Below are positions 8,741 through 18,688 of a DNA stretch of 64,000 nt, piece after piece. The stretch lies in the NCBI GenBank assembly GCA_963931495.1, contig OZ007020.1, positions 509,880-573,879 of the forward strand. Reading direction: 5' to 3'. The translations under genes were made by a program, and so were the position numbers. The notes beneath the pieces were generated by a model that was given only the letters and a program-made list of their open reading frames with translations, ran no database searches and was not told the origin of the DNA. Source of the DNA: an uncultured Alphaproteobacteria bacterium. Lineage in GTDB: Bacteria; Pseudomonadota; Alphaproteobacteria; Rs-D84. Numbering within the stretch: position 1 is the stretch's first letter; every line of letters begins with the position of its first letter.

Positions 8741-11700
8741 ATGGCAAATTTAATTGTTGATGGTAACTGGGCGGCGGCGGATGTTGCGTACAGATGTGTT
8801 GATTTTGCGGCAATTTATCCAATTACCCCCAGCAGCACGATGGGTGAATTAGCGGATGAATGGTCTTTCCAGCATAAAAAAAATATATGGGGGGCAATTC
8901 CGCAAATAATTGAAATGCAATCCGAAGGTGGGGCCGCCGGCGCAATGCACGGTGCGCTACAAATGGGCGCGTTGGCCACAACGTTTACAGCATCCCAGGG
9001 ATTGTTACTGATGATTCCGAATATGTACAAAATTGCTGGTGAACAAACACCATTTGTTATGCATGTCGCTGCGCGCGCATTGGCAACACATGCATTATCA
9101 ATATTTGGTGATCACAGTGATGTTATGTCTGTACGACAGACTGGATTTGCGCTGTTGTCCAGTCATAATGTGCAACAGGCACATGATATGGCGGCAATCG
9201 CACATGCGGCAACAATTCGGGCACGTGTTCCGTTCTTGCACTTCTTTGATGGATTCCGCACCAGTCACGAAGAATCAAGACTGGATCGGGTAACGGATGA
9301 TGTTTTACGTGAAATGTTGCCGGATGATTTAGTGCTGAAAAATCGCGCGCGCGGAATGACGCCAGATAAGCCGACAGTACGTGGCACAGCGCAAAATCCA
9401 GATGTGTTTTTCCAAAGTCGCGAGGCCGCAAATCCACTGTATGCAAAAACACCGGAAATCGTTCAAGAATGTATGGATAAATTCGCAGAACTGACCGGGC
9501 GCAAATATAACTTGGTGGATTATGTTGGTGATCCGAATGCCGAAAATGTTATTGTCGCCATGGGCAGTGCGTGCGAAACAATTGAAGAAACAATGGCGCA
9601 TTTGCCGGCTGGATTGGGGGTGTTAAAGATTCACTTGTATCGGCCGTTCCCACGGGATGCGTTTTTGGCGGCGTTGCCAAAAAGTGTAAAGCGCATTGCG
9701 GTATTGGACAGATGTAAAGAACCAGGCGCATTGGGTGAACCATTGTACCAAGATGTAAAAACGGTTGTTGGCGATTCGGTTGCTGTGTATGGTGGGCGAT
9801 ATGGTTTGGGGTCCAAAGAATTCAAACCGCGTGATGTCAAAGCGGTATACGAAAACTTGATGCGTGGTACGTTGCACCATAATTTTACAGTTGGTATAGA
9901 AGACGATTTATCGGAACTGTCGCTGAAAACAGATCCGGCATTTGCCATAGAAGATCCGAATTTCAAAACGGCGATTTTGTACGGAATCGGGTCAGATGGA
10001 ACCGTGGGCGCGGTAAAGAATATTGTGAAGATTGTTGGTGAAAATTCTGATTTGTACCCACAATCGTACGCGGTTTATGATTCTAAGAAATCTGGGGGAT
10101 TGACGGCGTCGCATATCAGATTTTCTGATGCGCCGATAAAAAGCCAATATTTGGTTGAAGTGGCGGACTTTATCAGTGTGTCAAACTTTATGATTGCGCA
10201 ACGTTTTGATGTATTTCGTGGTTTGCGTCCGGGTGGAACTGTTATGATTAACACGTCGCTGGAACCAGATGTTGCGTTTGCAAATCTGCCACGTGATACC
10301 CAAGAACATTTAATGCGTTTGCATGCGCGGGTATTCTTTCTGAATGCAAATGCGGCCGCAGCAGAACTGGGGTTGGGCAACAGAATTAATACGTTTATTA
10401 TGTTAAATTTCTTTAATTTAACACATGTAATTGAACCATCAGTTGCCGCAGAAAGTGCAAAAATCGCAATTGAAAAAACATATAAAAAGAAAGGCATGAA
10501 TGTCGTAGAGGCAAATTGGGCCGCAGTGGACAAGGCTGCGGACTATTTGCACGAGTATATATTGCCGTCATCTGTATCAAATTTTGCGCCGGATTTTATT
10601 CCCGCAATGACATCAGATGCGCCGGCCGAAATTGCAGGCACATTGGGCGAGATGGCGGCGCAGCGTGGCGATGCATTGCCGGTGTCGCGTTTCCGTGTTG
10701 ATGGATTGTTTGGCGCCGGGCAATATCCAGTTGGGACATCAAAATATGAAAAGCGGGCAATATCTGAACGGGTCGCAACTGTTGATTTGGAAAAGTGTAT
10801 CCAGTGCGGAAAATGTTCGGCATTGTGTCCACATGCGGCGATTCGTATCAAGGTGATGACCCCAGAACAAGCCGACCAGGCGCGCGCAGATGGTGTAATT
10901 GTTGTTCCGATGAAAACACCAGAACTGGGGCCGGATATGTATTATACGTTGAATATTTCACCGGCGGATTGCACTGGGTGCAATATATGTGTTACAAACT
11001 GTCCGGTTCATGCATTGTCAATGATGGCGTTAAAAGATGCCGGGGATCAACAGCGTGCGTTTGATGCCGCGCAAAAAATTCATGATATTCCGCGCGAAAA
11101 ATTGAACCTGAATATACCAAAGCATGTTGAATTATTGCCACACTATTTTGAATTCCCGGGCGCATGTGCGGGATGTGGTGAAACGCCGTATATCAAAATG
11201 ATGTCACATTTGTTCGGTGACAGAATGATTGTCGCAAATGCAACAGGCTGTTCATCAATATATGGTGCGAATTTGCCGACAACGCCATGGACATCTGATG
11301 CCAATGGGCGTGGACCGGCGTGGTCTAATTCGTTGTTTGAAGATAATGCGGAATATGGATTAGGAATGCGAATCGCGTTGAATCAAAAGCGTGATACGCT
11401 GAAAGGATTATTGTTTGAATTAAATATTCCGAATGTTGAAGAAATGTTCGCAGAACGCGACCCAGACAAGCAACGCAAAATAGAAGAAAATTTGCGCGCG
11501 CAACTGGATAAAATTGATTCGCCACGCGCGGCGTTGGCGCGCAGTTTGGTCGGCGAAATCGTTGACAAGTCTGTATGGATTATCGGTGGCGATGGATGGG
11601 CATATGATATTGGGTATGGTGGATTGGACCATGTTTTACACAGTGGGGAAAATGTAAATATATTGGTTCTGGATACCGAAGGGTATTCAAATACTGGTGG

Positions 11701-12247
11701 TCAACAATCCAAAGCAACCCCGTTCGGCGCCAGTATGAAATTCGCAATCGGTGGCAAAGAACACGCCAAAAAAGATTTGGGTATGATTGCCATGATGTCG
11801 GGGGCATACGTTGCGCAAATTGCGTTGGGGGCAAATACCCCCCAGGCGATTCGTGCATTTCGTGAAGCCGAAGCGTTCCCAGGACCGTCAATAATCTTGG
11901 CATATGCACCGTGTATTGCGCACGGGTTCGCGTTGCAAAATGCCGTGGAACACGAAACACAAATGGTAAATACTGGTGCGTGGCCGTTATATCGGTTTGA
12001 CCCGTCGTTGATTATTGATGGACACAGTCCGCTGACGATGGATTCAAATGTGGACAATCCGACGCCACTGGAAGATTTCTTGAAAACAGAAAGTCGTTTT
12101 GGTGCAGCGCGTGCGGCAAATCCGCATTTTGACCGATTGGTTGAAGAAGCCACGGAAAATAACCATTATCGCAGCGAATTAAAGAAGTATATTGCACACT
12201 TTGCGATGAAAAATTCGCCCGAGGTTAAAGAAAACGGCGAAGGCTGA
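8741..12247 (+). CDS. nifJ: Pyruvate:ferredoxin (flavodoxin) oxidoreductase, single-chain PFOR.
   Basis: Length is 1168 aa. The N-terminus MANLIVDGNWAAADVAYRCVDFAAIYPITPSS is PFOR-like. Two 4Fe-4S CxxCxxCxxxCP motifs lie mid-protein, and a TPP-binding GDGxxYDIG region (IGGDGWAYDIGYGGLDH) is present. Confidence 0.93.
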   Translation: MANLIVDGNWAAADVAYRCVDFAAIYPITPSSTMGELADEWSFQHKKNIWGAIPQIIEMQSEGGAAGAMHGALQMGALATTFTASQGLLLMIPNMYKIAGEQTPFVMHVAARALATHALSIFGDHSDVMSVRQTGFALLSSHNVQQAHDMAAIAHAATIRARVPFLHFFDGFRTSHEESRLDRVTDDVLREMLPDDLVLKNRARGMTPDKPTVRGTAQNPDVFFQSREAANPLYAKTPEIVQECMDKFAELTGRKYNLVDYVGDPNAENVIVAMGSACETIEETMAHLPAGLGVLKIHLYRPFPRDAFLAALPKSVKRIAVLDRCKEPGALGEPLYQDVKTVVGDSVAVYGGRYGLGSKEFKPRDVKAVYENLMRGTLHHNFTVGIEDDLSELSLKTDPAFAIEDPNFKTAILYGIGSDGTVGAVKNIVKIVGENSDLYPQSYAVYDSKKSGGLTASHIRFSDAPIKSQYLVEVADFISVSNFMIAQRFDVFRGLRPGGTVMINTSLEPDVAFANLPRDTQEHLMRLHARVFFLNANAAAAELGLGNRINTFIMLNFFNLTHVIEPSVAAESAKIAIEKTYKKKGMNVVEANWAAVDKAADYLHEYILPSSVSNFAPDFIPAMTSDAPAEIAGTLGEMAAQRGDALPVSRFRVDGLFGAGQYPVGTSKYEKRAISERVATVDLEKCIQCGKCSALCPHAAIRIKVMTPEQADQARADGVIVVPMKTPELGPDMYYTLNISPADCTGCNICVTNCPVHALSMMALKDAGDQQRAFDAAQKIHDIPREKLNLNIPKHVELLPHYFEFPGACAGCGETPYIKMMSHLFGDRMIVANATGCSSIYGANLPTTPWTSDANGRGPAWSNSLFEDNAEYGLGMRIALNQKRDTLKGLLFELNIPNVEEMFAERDPDKQRKIEENLRAQLDKIDSPRAALARSLVGEIVDKSVWIIGGDGWAYDIGYGGLDHVLHSGENVNILVLDTEGYSNTGGQQSKATPFGASMKFAIGGKEHAKKDLGMIAMMSGAYVAQIALGANTPQAIRAFREAEAFPGPSIILAYAPCIAHGFALQNAVEHETQMVNTGAWPLYRFDPSLIIDGHSPLTMDSNVDNPTPLEDFLKTESRFGAARAANPHFDRLVEEATENNHYRSELKKYIAHFAMKNSPEVKENGEG

Positions 12248-12248
12248 A

Positions 12249-12277
12249 AAAGCGGGGCGTATGCCCCGTTTGTTTTT
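12249..12277 (+). terminator. Rho-independent terminator after the PFOR gene.
   Basis: Hairpin cggggc-gtat-gccccg followed by a T-run. Confidence 0.7.
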
Positions 12278-12365
12278 ATGCAAATATTGTTATCGGTTGG
12301 GTGGGGCGGGCGATGAACTGTTTTTTCTGTTGCATCGTGGGCGCTGTGTGGTGTACATTTGGGGT

Positions 12366-12797
12366 ATGAAAAAATTATTGATGTTTTTTATTGTCGCTGT
12401 CTTGGGCGCATGCACGTTCCAGGTCAAACATCGCGGATATGTTTTTCCGCCTGATTTGGAAACAGTGGTTGCGGATATTAAAACAACAACGCAATTGCAA
12501 AATGAAATTGGATCGCCCCAGGTTAAAACAATATACGGTGATGAGGTCTGGATTTACTACGGGGCCGATGAAAATTATCGTGGACCGTTGCCATTGAAAT
12601 ATGATAATCGTACAGTGCTGTTGGCGTGGGTTGATGGGGCGCGCGTGACAGATATTCGGATTCTGTATGATGATGATTTGCCGGATATTATTATTTCCGA
12701 AGATGAAACAGAAATTCCAGCCGCGATTGAATTAAATGCGTTACAGGAATTGTTTAATAATGTTGGGCGCTTTTCGCCAGCGGGGCTGGGGCAATAA
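12366..12797 (+). CDS. bamE: Outer membrane protein assembly factor BamE-like lipoprotein.
   Basis: Lipoprotein signal MKKLLMFFIVAVLGAC followed by a SmpA/OmlA-like region. The track ORF starts earlier, at 12261. Confidence 0.6.
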   Translation: MKKLLMFFIVAVLGACTFQVKHRGYVFPPDLETVVADIKTTTQLQNEIGSPQVKTIYGDEVWIYYGADENYRGPLPLKYDNRTVLLAWVDGARVTDIRILYDDDLPDIIISEDETEIPAAIELNALQELFNNVGRFSPAGLGQ

Positions 12798-12890
12798 TTG
12801 AAAATGCGGTGTGCAGCCGCATTTTTTTGTTAAAAGTCGTTTGCAAAAGATGTCTGAAATGTGTAAAATATGTATAAAAGAGAATATGTC

Positions 12891-13454
12891 ATGAAAAAAA
12901 TTATGTTTCATTATTTTATGCTGATTGGTGTCTTTCTGGGGGCGACGGGTGCGATGGCGGCCGAAGAAAAATTTTCATGTGGGCCGGGGTATGTTCTGGT
13001 GTCGCACAGTGATGTTGATGATATTGATGCCGCGGAATGTCAAAAACTGTGGTGTCGGGATTTAGAAACAGGTGATGTCATGGGCAGTGGCGATTCCCCA
13101 AAGGCTGGATATCAATTAACCACATATCCGAATGAACTGTGTGACGCAAATGGTACGTGCATAGAGTGCTTTGGTGACCGCGTTTGGTGCAAGGGCGAAG
13201 CCCCAGGAATATGGAACCCGGAATATGGCGCATATACGTACAACGGTTCTGATGATGGAACGCGTACATCATATCGCGATGGTGGATGTTTTATGTGGCG
13301 TGTTCCAGAAGAAGAAAAAATAACGTGCCCAGATGGGCAAGTTGCTATGAAAAACAGTGCTGGTGAATGGGTTTGCGCGGCACCGACATCTGGAAATATT
13401 GTTGGCGACCGGGGATCAACAATTCGTCGCCCGGCGACAATATTGCGACGCTGA
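12891..13454 (+). CDS. Secreted cysteine-rich hypothetical protein.
   Basis: Signal peptide MKKIMFHYFMLIGVFLGATGAMAA, more than 12 Cys, and an AAGAG ribosome-binding site upstream. Confidence 0.55.
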   Translation: MKKIMFHYFMLIGVFLGATGAMAAEEKFSCGPGYVLVSHSDVDDIDAAECQKLWCRDLETGDVMGSGDSPKAGYQLTTYPNELCDANGTCIECFGDRVWCKGEAPGIWNPEYGAYTYNGSDDGTRTSYRDGGCFMWRVPEEEKITCPDGQVAMKNSAGEWVCAAPTSGNIVGDRGSTIRRPATILRR

Positions 13455-13509
13455 TATGGAATATAAATCGCCTGGGGGAAAAACGGGCGATTTTATTTTT
13501 TGGTCCAAT

Positions 13510-13540
13510 TATTTGTTTTTCTGGATTTTTGTGGTATAAT
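13510..13540 (+). promoter_or_regulatory. Candidate sigma70 promoter with an extended -10 (TGgTATAAT), upstream of cdnL.
   Basis: The sequence tgtggtataat at 13530..13540 sits about 45 nt upstream of the ATG at 13587. Confidence 0.45.
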
Positions 13541-13586
13541 ACGGGGGATTAGAGAGAATGGCAACAGTATAAAGGTATCTTGAACT

Positions 13587-14156
13587 ATGCCAAGTAAAAA
13601 GTTAGATTTTAAAGCAGGTCAGTACGTTGTCTATCCAACCCAGGGTGTTGGAAAATTGGTCCGGGTGGAAGAGCAAACGGTTGGTGGACAGAAAATAAAA
13701 ATGCTGGTGATTGATTTTGAACGCAATCATATGACATTGCGTGTGCCAGTTGAACGGGCCGAAATTTCTGGGTTGCGTCCATTGACGTCGGTAAAAAAAA
13801 TGGACGAAGCGATTGCGTCGGCCAAGGGCAAGGCGGGGGCAAAACGAATGATATGGGCACGTCGTGCCGCACAGTATGAAGAAAATATAAATTCTGGCGA
13901 TCCAATGAAATTGGCCGAAGTGGTTCGTGATTTGCAGCGACGCAATCCGTCAGATACAATGACATTTTCGGCGCGCCAGTTGTATTTGCGTGCGCTGGAA
14001 CGCATGGCCCAAGAATTTGCCGTGTTACACAAGATTGATTTGGATGCTGCGTCTGAAAAAATAGAAGATATTTTGGGGGTGCCCAAGGAAATAGATTTGA
14101 ATGCGGTGGATTCTGATGACGAAGATGATGAAGATTTGTCTGATGATGATGAATAA
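13587..14156 (+). CDS. cdnL: CarD/CdnL-family RNA-polymerase-binding transcription factor.
   Basis: The N-terminus KAGQYVVYPTQGVGKLVRVEEQTVGGQKIKMLVIDFERNHMTLRVPV is the CarD N-terminal RNAP-interacting (Tudor-like) domain. The C-terminus is an acidic D/E tail. Confidence 0.85.
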   Translation: MPSKKLDFKAGQYVVYPTQGVGKLVRVEEQTVGGQKIKMLVIDFERNHMTLRVPVERAEISGLRPLTSVKKMDEAIASAKGKAGAKRMIWARRAAQYEENINSGDPMKLAEVVRDLQRRNPSDTMTFSARQLYLRALERMAQEFAVLHKIDLDAASEKIEDILGVPKEIDLNAVDSDDEDDEDLSDDDE

Positions 14157-14182
14157 AAAATCCCGCAATCGCGGGATTTTTA
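14157..14182. terminator. Bidirectional terminator between cdnL (plus) and lptB (minus).
   Basis: Hairpin tcccgc-aatc-gcggga with A-runs upstream and T-runs downstream. Confidence 0.7.
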
Positions 14183-14908
14183 CATCACAAAATTTTCACC
14201 AAGGTATACTTTTTTAACCATTTCATCTTTGACAATTTCCGCGGTTGTTCCATGTTTTAATATTTTCCCGTCGTGTAACACATAACTGCGGTCGGTGATT
14301 CCCAATGTTTCGCGTACATTATGGTCGGTTATAATGACGCCCAGTCCACGATTTTTTAATTGGGACACCAAATCACGTATTTCGTTTACCGCAATTGGGT
14401 CAATCCCAGCAAAAGGTTCGTCCAGCAAAATAAATTTCGGGTCGTTGGCCAATGCGCGCGCAATTTCAACACGACGACGTTCGCCCCCCGATAATGATGT
14501 TGCCGGACTGCGTCGCAGGGCGGATATTGAAAATTCATCAAGCAATGCGTCCAGTTTTTGTTTGCGTTTTTTCTTGCTGGGTTCCACAACTTCCAGAATT
14601 GCCATTATGTTTTGTTCCACCGTCAGACCGCGAAAAACGCTGTTTTCCTGGGGCAGATAGCCGATGTGCAGGCGTGCGCGTTGGTAAAATGGCAAGTGCG
14701 TTATATCCTGGGAATTCAAAAAGATTTGTCCCCCGGTTGCGGTTAATTGTCCGGTTATGCAATAAAATGCCGTCGTTTTGCCCGCACCGTTCGGCCCCAA
14801 CAGACCAACAGATTCACCCTGGCGGGCGTACATGGATATGTCGCGCAGAACCATGCGTTTACCATACGATTTTGATAAATGTTCAATACGTAATACAGAT
14901 TGTTTCAT
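14180..14908 (-). CDS. lptB: LPS export ABC transporter ATP-binding protein LptB.
   Basis: It has the Walker A motif GPNGAGKTT, the signature LSGGERRRVEIARAL and Walker B ILLDEP. Length is 242 aa, and an LptC-like gene lies immediately upstream. Confidence 0.88.
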   Translation of the reverse strand: MKQSVLRIEHLSKSYGKRMVLRDISMYARQGESVGLLGPNGAGKTTAFYCITGQLTATGGQIFLNSQDITHLPFYQRARLHIGYLPQENSVFRGLTVEQNIMAILEVVEPSKKKRKQKLDALLDEFSISALRRSPATSLSGGERRRVEIARALANDPKFILLDEPFAGIDPIAVNEIRDLVSQLKNRGLGVIITDHNVRETLGITDRSYVLHDGKILKHGTTAEIVKDEMVKKVYLGENFVM

Positions 14909-15405
14909 AATTTTATCACCAATTCGTCTGTTAATACCCTGTCCCCATTGCTGGAATTTATACGCACATTATCCATCAATGTAATTGTCTTTGTGTTGCG
15001 GTTGTATTCACCGCGATCAGCCGTTATGTCATCTGTGACATATTGACCATCAGATTCGTGATTAATTGTCCCCGATACGTCGTCCAGAAATATTATTCCA
15101 GGATTTTCATATTCTTGGCGACCAGTGGCGGCATATATTTTGAATGGTTGGCCGTTTTCGTCTGTGCCAGAAAATTTTGCATCGGACATTTTGAACTGGT
15201 TACTGACAATATCCGTCATGTTTATCGCAGATATCGGTGTCCACAATATCTGGCGCGTGAACAACGCGCCGGCAATTAATGCCGCAACCATAACCAGACC
15301 CCATCCAGTGAAAAAAAATTGCCACAGGCGTTTCCAACGTCTGTGTTTCATGAATATTATAAAACTTCGTTTATCGCGTTGCACGACGTCAGTGTAGCGC
15401 GGCAT
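14905..15405 (-). CDS. lptC: LptC-like LPS export protein: an N-terminal membrane anchor plus an OstA-like fold.
   Basis: It has a single N-terminal transmembrane helix and is about 140 aa, sitting directly upstream of lptB and overlapping its start. An alternative start lies at 15352. No lptA lies between lptC and lptB. Confidence 0.6.
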   Translation of the reverse strand: MPRYTDVVQRDKRSFIIFMKHRRWKRLWQFFFTGWGLVMVAALIAGALFTRQILWTPISAINMTDIVSNQFKMSDAKFSGTDENGQPFKIYAATGRQEYENPGIIFLDDVSGTINHESDGQYVTDDITADRGEYNRNTKTITLMDNVRINSSNGDRVLTDELVIKL

Positions 15406-15458
15406 AAAACAAAAAGCAATTTTTATATTTATTATAATATTTTTTTATGCTATAATTC

Positions 15459-16250
15459 ATGGCAAGAGAGATGAATAGATTTTTTACGTGCTTTGTCGGA
15501 ATTGCGTTCGGTGCGATGTGTGTCGTGCCGGTCGGTGCGGTTACTATTACCAAGGCGGCACCAGTTGCAGAACAAGAATCATCGGCGGCGTCTGGGGCGT
15601 CCAGTTTGGTGCCAACGGTGTTGGGACTGGTTGGCGGGGTTCAGCAATTAACAGCACAACAGAAAGAATTGGATGCACAGTGTGTCCCCAGTAATCAGGA
15701 AATTACATTTGTAAATAATATCATGAAAGAATGGGCAAAAACAGGCGCAATGAGTGCCGAAGATGTTAAGCGCAGATTGGGGCGCAGCCCTTGCACATCC
15801 ACCAGTTATAATACCCAGGTAATGTTATATGCATCAACAGGACAAATGGATATCTGTTATGATACATTTAATGACGGCGGCATGATTTGGGATGGGTATC
15901 CCAAGGTTGGTTATGCGACGTATTGTGAAGATGGGGCATTGCAGTGCAGTAATAAAAAAACAATGTCTGATATATATGAAATATTTAATCTGATTGATTT
16001 TACGGATGCGGATTATAACAGCAGTGAACTGACAATGGCGGCCCGTTTGATGAATAAAATAGAACAGTGCTCAACCGCGCGTTTAAGTGCCAAAAAACGT
16101 GAATTGTGGGGCGAATTCTTGGTTGATACGGTCAGCAGTCTGGGACAGCCAACAAATACCGGTACAATTATGGAACAAGTCAGTGCGATTTCTGGTGGCG
16201 GTGCGTTGGGAACAATCGGCAGTTTTGCAACGTCACTGCTGGCGAATTAA
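15459..16250 (+). CDS. Secreted hypothetical protein.
   Basis: N-terminal signal-like segment FFTCFVGIAFGAMCVVPVGA. No recognisable domain. Confidence 0.5.
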   Translation: MAREMNRFFTCFVGIAFGAMCVVPVGAVTITKAAPVAEQESSAASGASSLVPTVLGLVGGVQQLTAQQKELDAQCVPSNQEITFVNNIMKEWAKTGAMSAEDVKRRLGRSPCTSTSYNTQVMLYASTGQMDICYDTFNDGGMIWDGYPKVGYATYCEDGALQCSNKKTMSDIYEIFNLIDFTDADYNSSELTMAARLMNKIEQCSTARLSAKKRELWGEFLVDTVSSLGQPTNTGTIMEQVSAISGGGALGTIGSFATSLLAN

Positions 16251-16332
16251 GGGTGTTGGTGCAGGTGATTTTTATACTTTACTAATATTGCTGAAAATCG
16301 TATAATAACAGTAATTATGGAAAGGAATCTTT

Positions 16333-17865
16333 ATGAAAAATAAATCTGTTATGTCTTGGCGTTTTTTATCATATGCATTGGCAATGGTATCGGCGGTCAC
16401 GTTGGGGGGCTGTGCCGGCAGTAATACGGATGGTGCGTATGTGCCAATGGAAACACCAACGGTTGATTATATTGAAACGTTGGATGTTTATTCGGCACCA
16501 CACCAGGATTCCTTTTTGAACCAGTTGGCGATGAATTATCGGTCGTATGCAATATATAATGCGCGTACCAGTGGATATCCAGAAATGGGCGAATTGTTTG
16601 CACAAAAGGCTGTGGCGGCGTTCGCTGGGGAATTGCCGTTTCCAGAAACGCTGGAAAATTGGCCGGTGGCAGATGAACAAGAATCGTTTGCGTTGTATTC
16701 GGCGTATAATGATTTGATGACACAATTGCAAAATGATGCCAGTATGACGAATCCGCAGTTGGCGGCCGAAGCCCAGGCAAAGTTTGATTGCTGGTTGTCG
16801 GCAACCGCCAGTGGACAATTTGCAACCGCGAATGAGTGTCGTGACCGGTATTATAAAACAATGAATGCATTGCGGGATTGTGTTGGTGGCAAGGTTATCA
16901 GTAACAATACTGCGCAGTTGATGCAGACAACACAAACAACGTCTGAAACAACAGTTACGGAAAATTCTGGGACAATGACGGTTGCGGTTGAACGCAGCAG
17001 GGATGTTAATGCGTATTACCCAGACACCCGTAATCTGGCAGAGATGCGTACTGCGTCCAAGGCGCGCGAAGGGGTCATAATTGTTAATAATGTTAATGTG
17101 CCAGAACATTTGATTAATCCGGTGCCAGTTCAACCGATGGTATTTAATCAGAATATTTATGGCGGTGACAAAACCATGAATGACAGCAGTGTGACAAATG
17201 AATGCACCGGTGGGGTCAATTGCCCACAACCACAACCGCAATTACAAGAAGAACAAATTCCGGCGGTCAGTGACGAAGTTGTTACACGTGAAGAATTTAT
17301 AAATATGATGATGGCAATGCGCGCAGAATTGGCGGCGATTAATGCACGGCTGGACCAAATCCAGGCGGCAAATGATGAAAAAACCATCATAAAAGTTCAG
17401 CAAATTCCGTTGGAACCCAAACAGCATGTTATGGAAGAAGTCTTGGAAATTCGTTTTGATTTTGATAAATCAACGATAAAGCCGGAATATGAAGAACTGA
17501 TAAGACAGTTGGCCACAGCAACCCAGAATAATAAAAATATCAAGGTGTCTGTTGTTGGACATACCGATACAATGGGAACCAATGATTATAATTATGCGTT
17601 GGGTGGTCGGCGTGCCGAAGCGGTTCAGAAAATGTTGATTAAATATGGTATCCCGGCCAGTCAAATTGTTGCGGTGTCGGCCGGTGAAGAAGGTTTGGCC
17701 GTTCAAACAGGTGATGGTGTTGCGAATGCCGCAAATCGCCGTGTGCGGGTTGTCAAGGAAGTTCACTATACAGAACCAGCAAAACAGGCGCCTATTGCGG
17801 TCGTTGAAGAATATGTCGCACCGGCCGACAGCGCAGTTTGCGGAATGTATGGATGCGAGCAATAG
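16333..17865 (+). CDS. OmpA-family lipoprotein with a C-terminal peptidoglycan-binding OmpA_C domain.
   Basis: It has a lipobox (LGGCAGS) and a C-terminal OmpA-like domain (VVGHTDTMGTNDYNYALGGRRAEAV...NRRVRVV). Length is 510 aa. Confidence 0.85.
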   Translation: MKNKSVMSWRFLSYALAMVSAVTLGGCAGSNTDGAYVPMETPTVDYIETLDVYSAPHQDSFLNQLAMNYRSYAIYNARTSGYPEMGELFAQKAVAAFAGELPFPETLENWPVADEQESFALYSAYNDLMTQLQNDASMTNPQLAAEAQAKFDCWLSATASGQFATANECRDRYYKTMNALRDCVGGKVISNNTAQLMQTTQTTSETTVTENSGTMTVAVERSRDVNAYYPDTRNLAEMRTASKAREGVIIVNNVNVPEHLINPVPVQPMVFNQNIYGGDKTMNDSSVTNECTGGVNCPQPQPQLQEEQIPAVSDEVVTREEFINMMMAMRAELAAINARLDQIQAANDEKTIIKVQQIPLEPKQHVMEEVLEIRFDFDKSTIKPEYEELIRQLATATQNNKNIKVSVVGHTDTMGTNDYNYALGGRRAEAVQKMLIKYGIPASQIVAVSAGEEGLAVQTGDGVANAANRRVRVVKEVHYTEPAKQAPIAVVEEYVAPADSAVCGMYGCEQ

Positions 17866-17884
17866 GGGGCAGGGTAAAAAGCAC

Positions 17885-17912
17885 TTGACAAAAAAATATA
17901 TATAGTATATGT
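17885..17912 (+). promoter_or_regulatory. Candidate sigma70 promoter (TTGACA, 16-nt spacer, TATATG).
   Basis: ttgaca at 17885..17890 and tatatg at 17907..17912, upstream of the small ORF at 17952. Confidence 0.4.
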
Positions 17913-17951
17913 TTTGTTTGTCAGAGAGATGTTGGTAAAGAGGCATTGAAC

Positions 17952-18098
17952 ATGACAGATATGGTAAATAAGTTTAATAAAGCCAAGGCCGCAATTGATA
18001 AAAGTGCGGGGTACAAAAAGGGTATGGCGGTGTTTAATTTGGCGGATGCATTTGGCAAGCGTGGTGTCAATGTCGTTAATCATCAGAATGAAAAATAA
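17952..18098 (+). CDS. Small hypothetical protein of 48 aa. It is not in the ORF track.
   Basis: It starts MTDMVNKFNKAKAAIDK... A ribosome-binding site AAAGAGG precedes it, and the hairpin terminator ggggacacacccc plus a T-run at 18115..18145 follows. Confidence 0.4.
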   Translation: MTDMVNKFNKAKAAIDKSAGYKKGMAVFNLADAFGKRGVNVVNHQNEK

Positions 18099-18159
18099 GC
18101 AGGTATGTAATAAAAAATGGGGACACACCCCATTTTTTATTTTAATAATTTTATTGTTC

Positions 18160-18672
18160 TGACGTAATGCCCCGGGCGTGGGCCCGATGGATGCAGACAA
18201 CCCAAATCTTTTGTTCTAAGACATTGGTATGGAATCAACGTTCAGTTCACATTATGTCTATCGCTGTCACATAGTTTTACCGACCAAATACCGTCGTAAA
18301 ATATTCAATGATGACACGTTCAGTTTTTTCAAGAAATGCGTAGAAATAATAAGTAAACGTTACCCACAGATAGAAATAAACCACGATAGAGACCATGTAC
18401 ATATGTTGATATCAGTAGCACCGTCAATATCTGTGGGTAACGCAGTTCGTATAATAAAAACAAATACCATCAGGCAGATGAGAGAATGGGACGCATTTCT
18501 TGAAAAAAACATATTTTAGACACGACGGTATTTGGTCTGATGGGTATTTTGTATCAACGGCGGGGATAGACGAAACGATAATCAAAAATATATTGAACAA
18601 CAGGGGCAAAAAGATTTGGGACGACCGAAAGTCGTGTGGTAGCCAATACCCCGGGTGTGGGCCCGGTGTGTT
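18160..18672 (+). mobile_element. IS200/IS605-family element remnant with hairpin ends and a frameshifted tnpA.
   Basis: GC-rich imperfect palindromes at the left end (ccccgggcgtgggcccg, about 18165) and the right end (ccccgggtgtgggcccgg, about 18648) flank a Y1 transposase gene. Confidence 0.7.
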
Positions 18673-18688
18673 ATTATTTTTTAGATGA
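18229..18688 (+). pseudogene. tnpA: IS200-like Y1 transposase TnpA disrupted by a frameshift in an A7 run.
   Basis: The first ORF carries the HVHML HuH motif. The second frame carries the catalytic-Tyr region GYFVSTAG. The frames switch at aaaaaaa, 18503..18509. Confidence 0.7.

Noticed and set aside
16369-17241. 290-aa antisense ORF within the OmpA-family gene.
   Set aside because: It lies opposite a CDS with a clear lipobox and OmpA_C domain. The translation has skewed Cys/His/Arg-rich composition typical of antisense frames.
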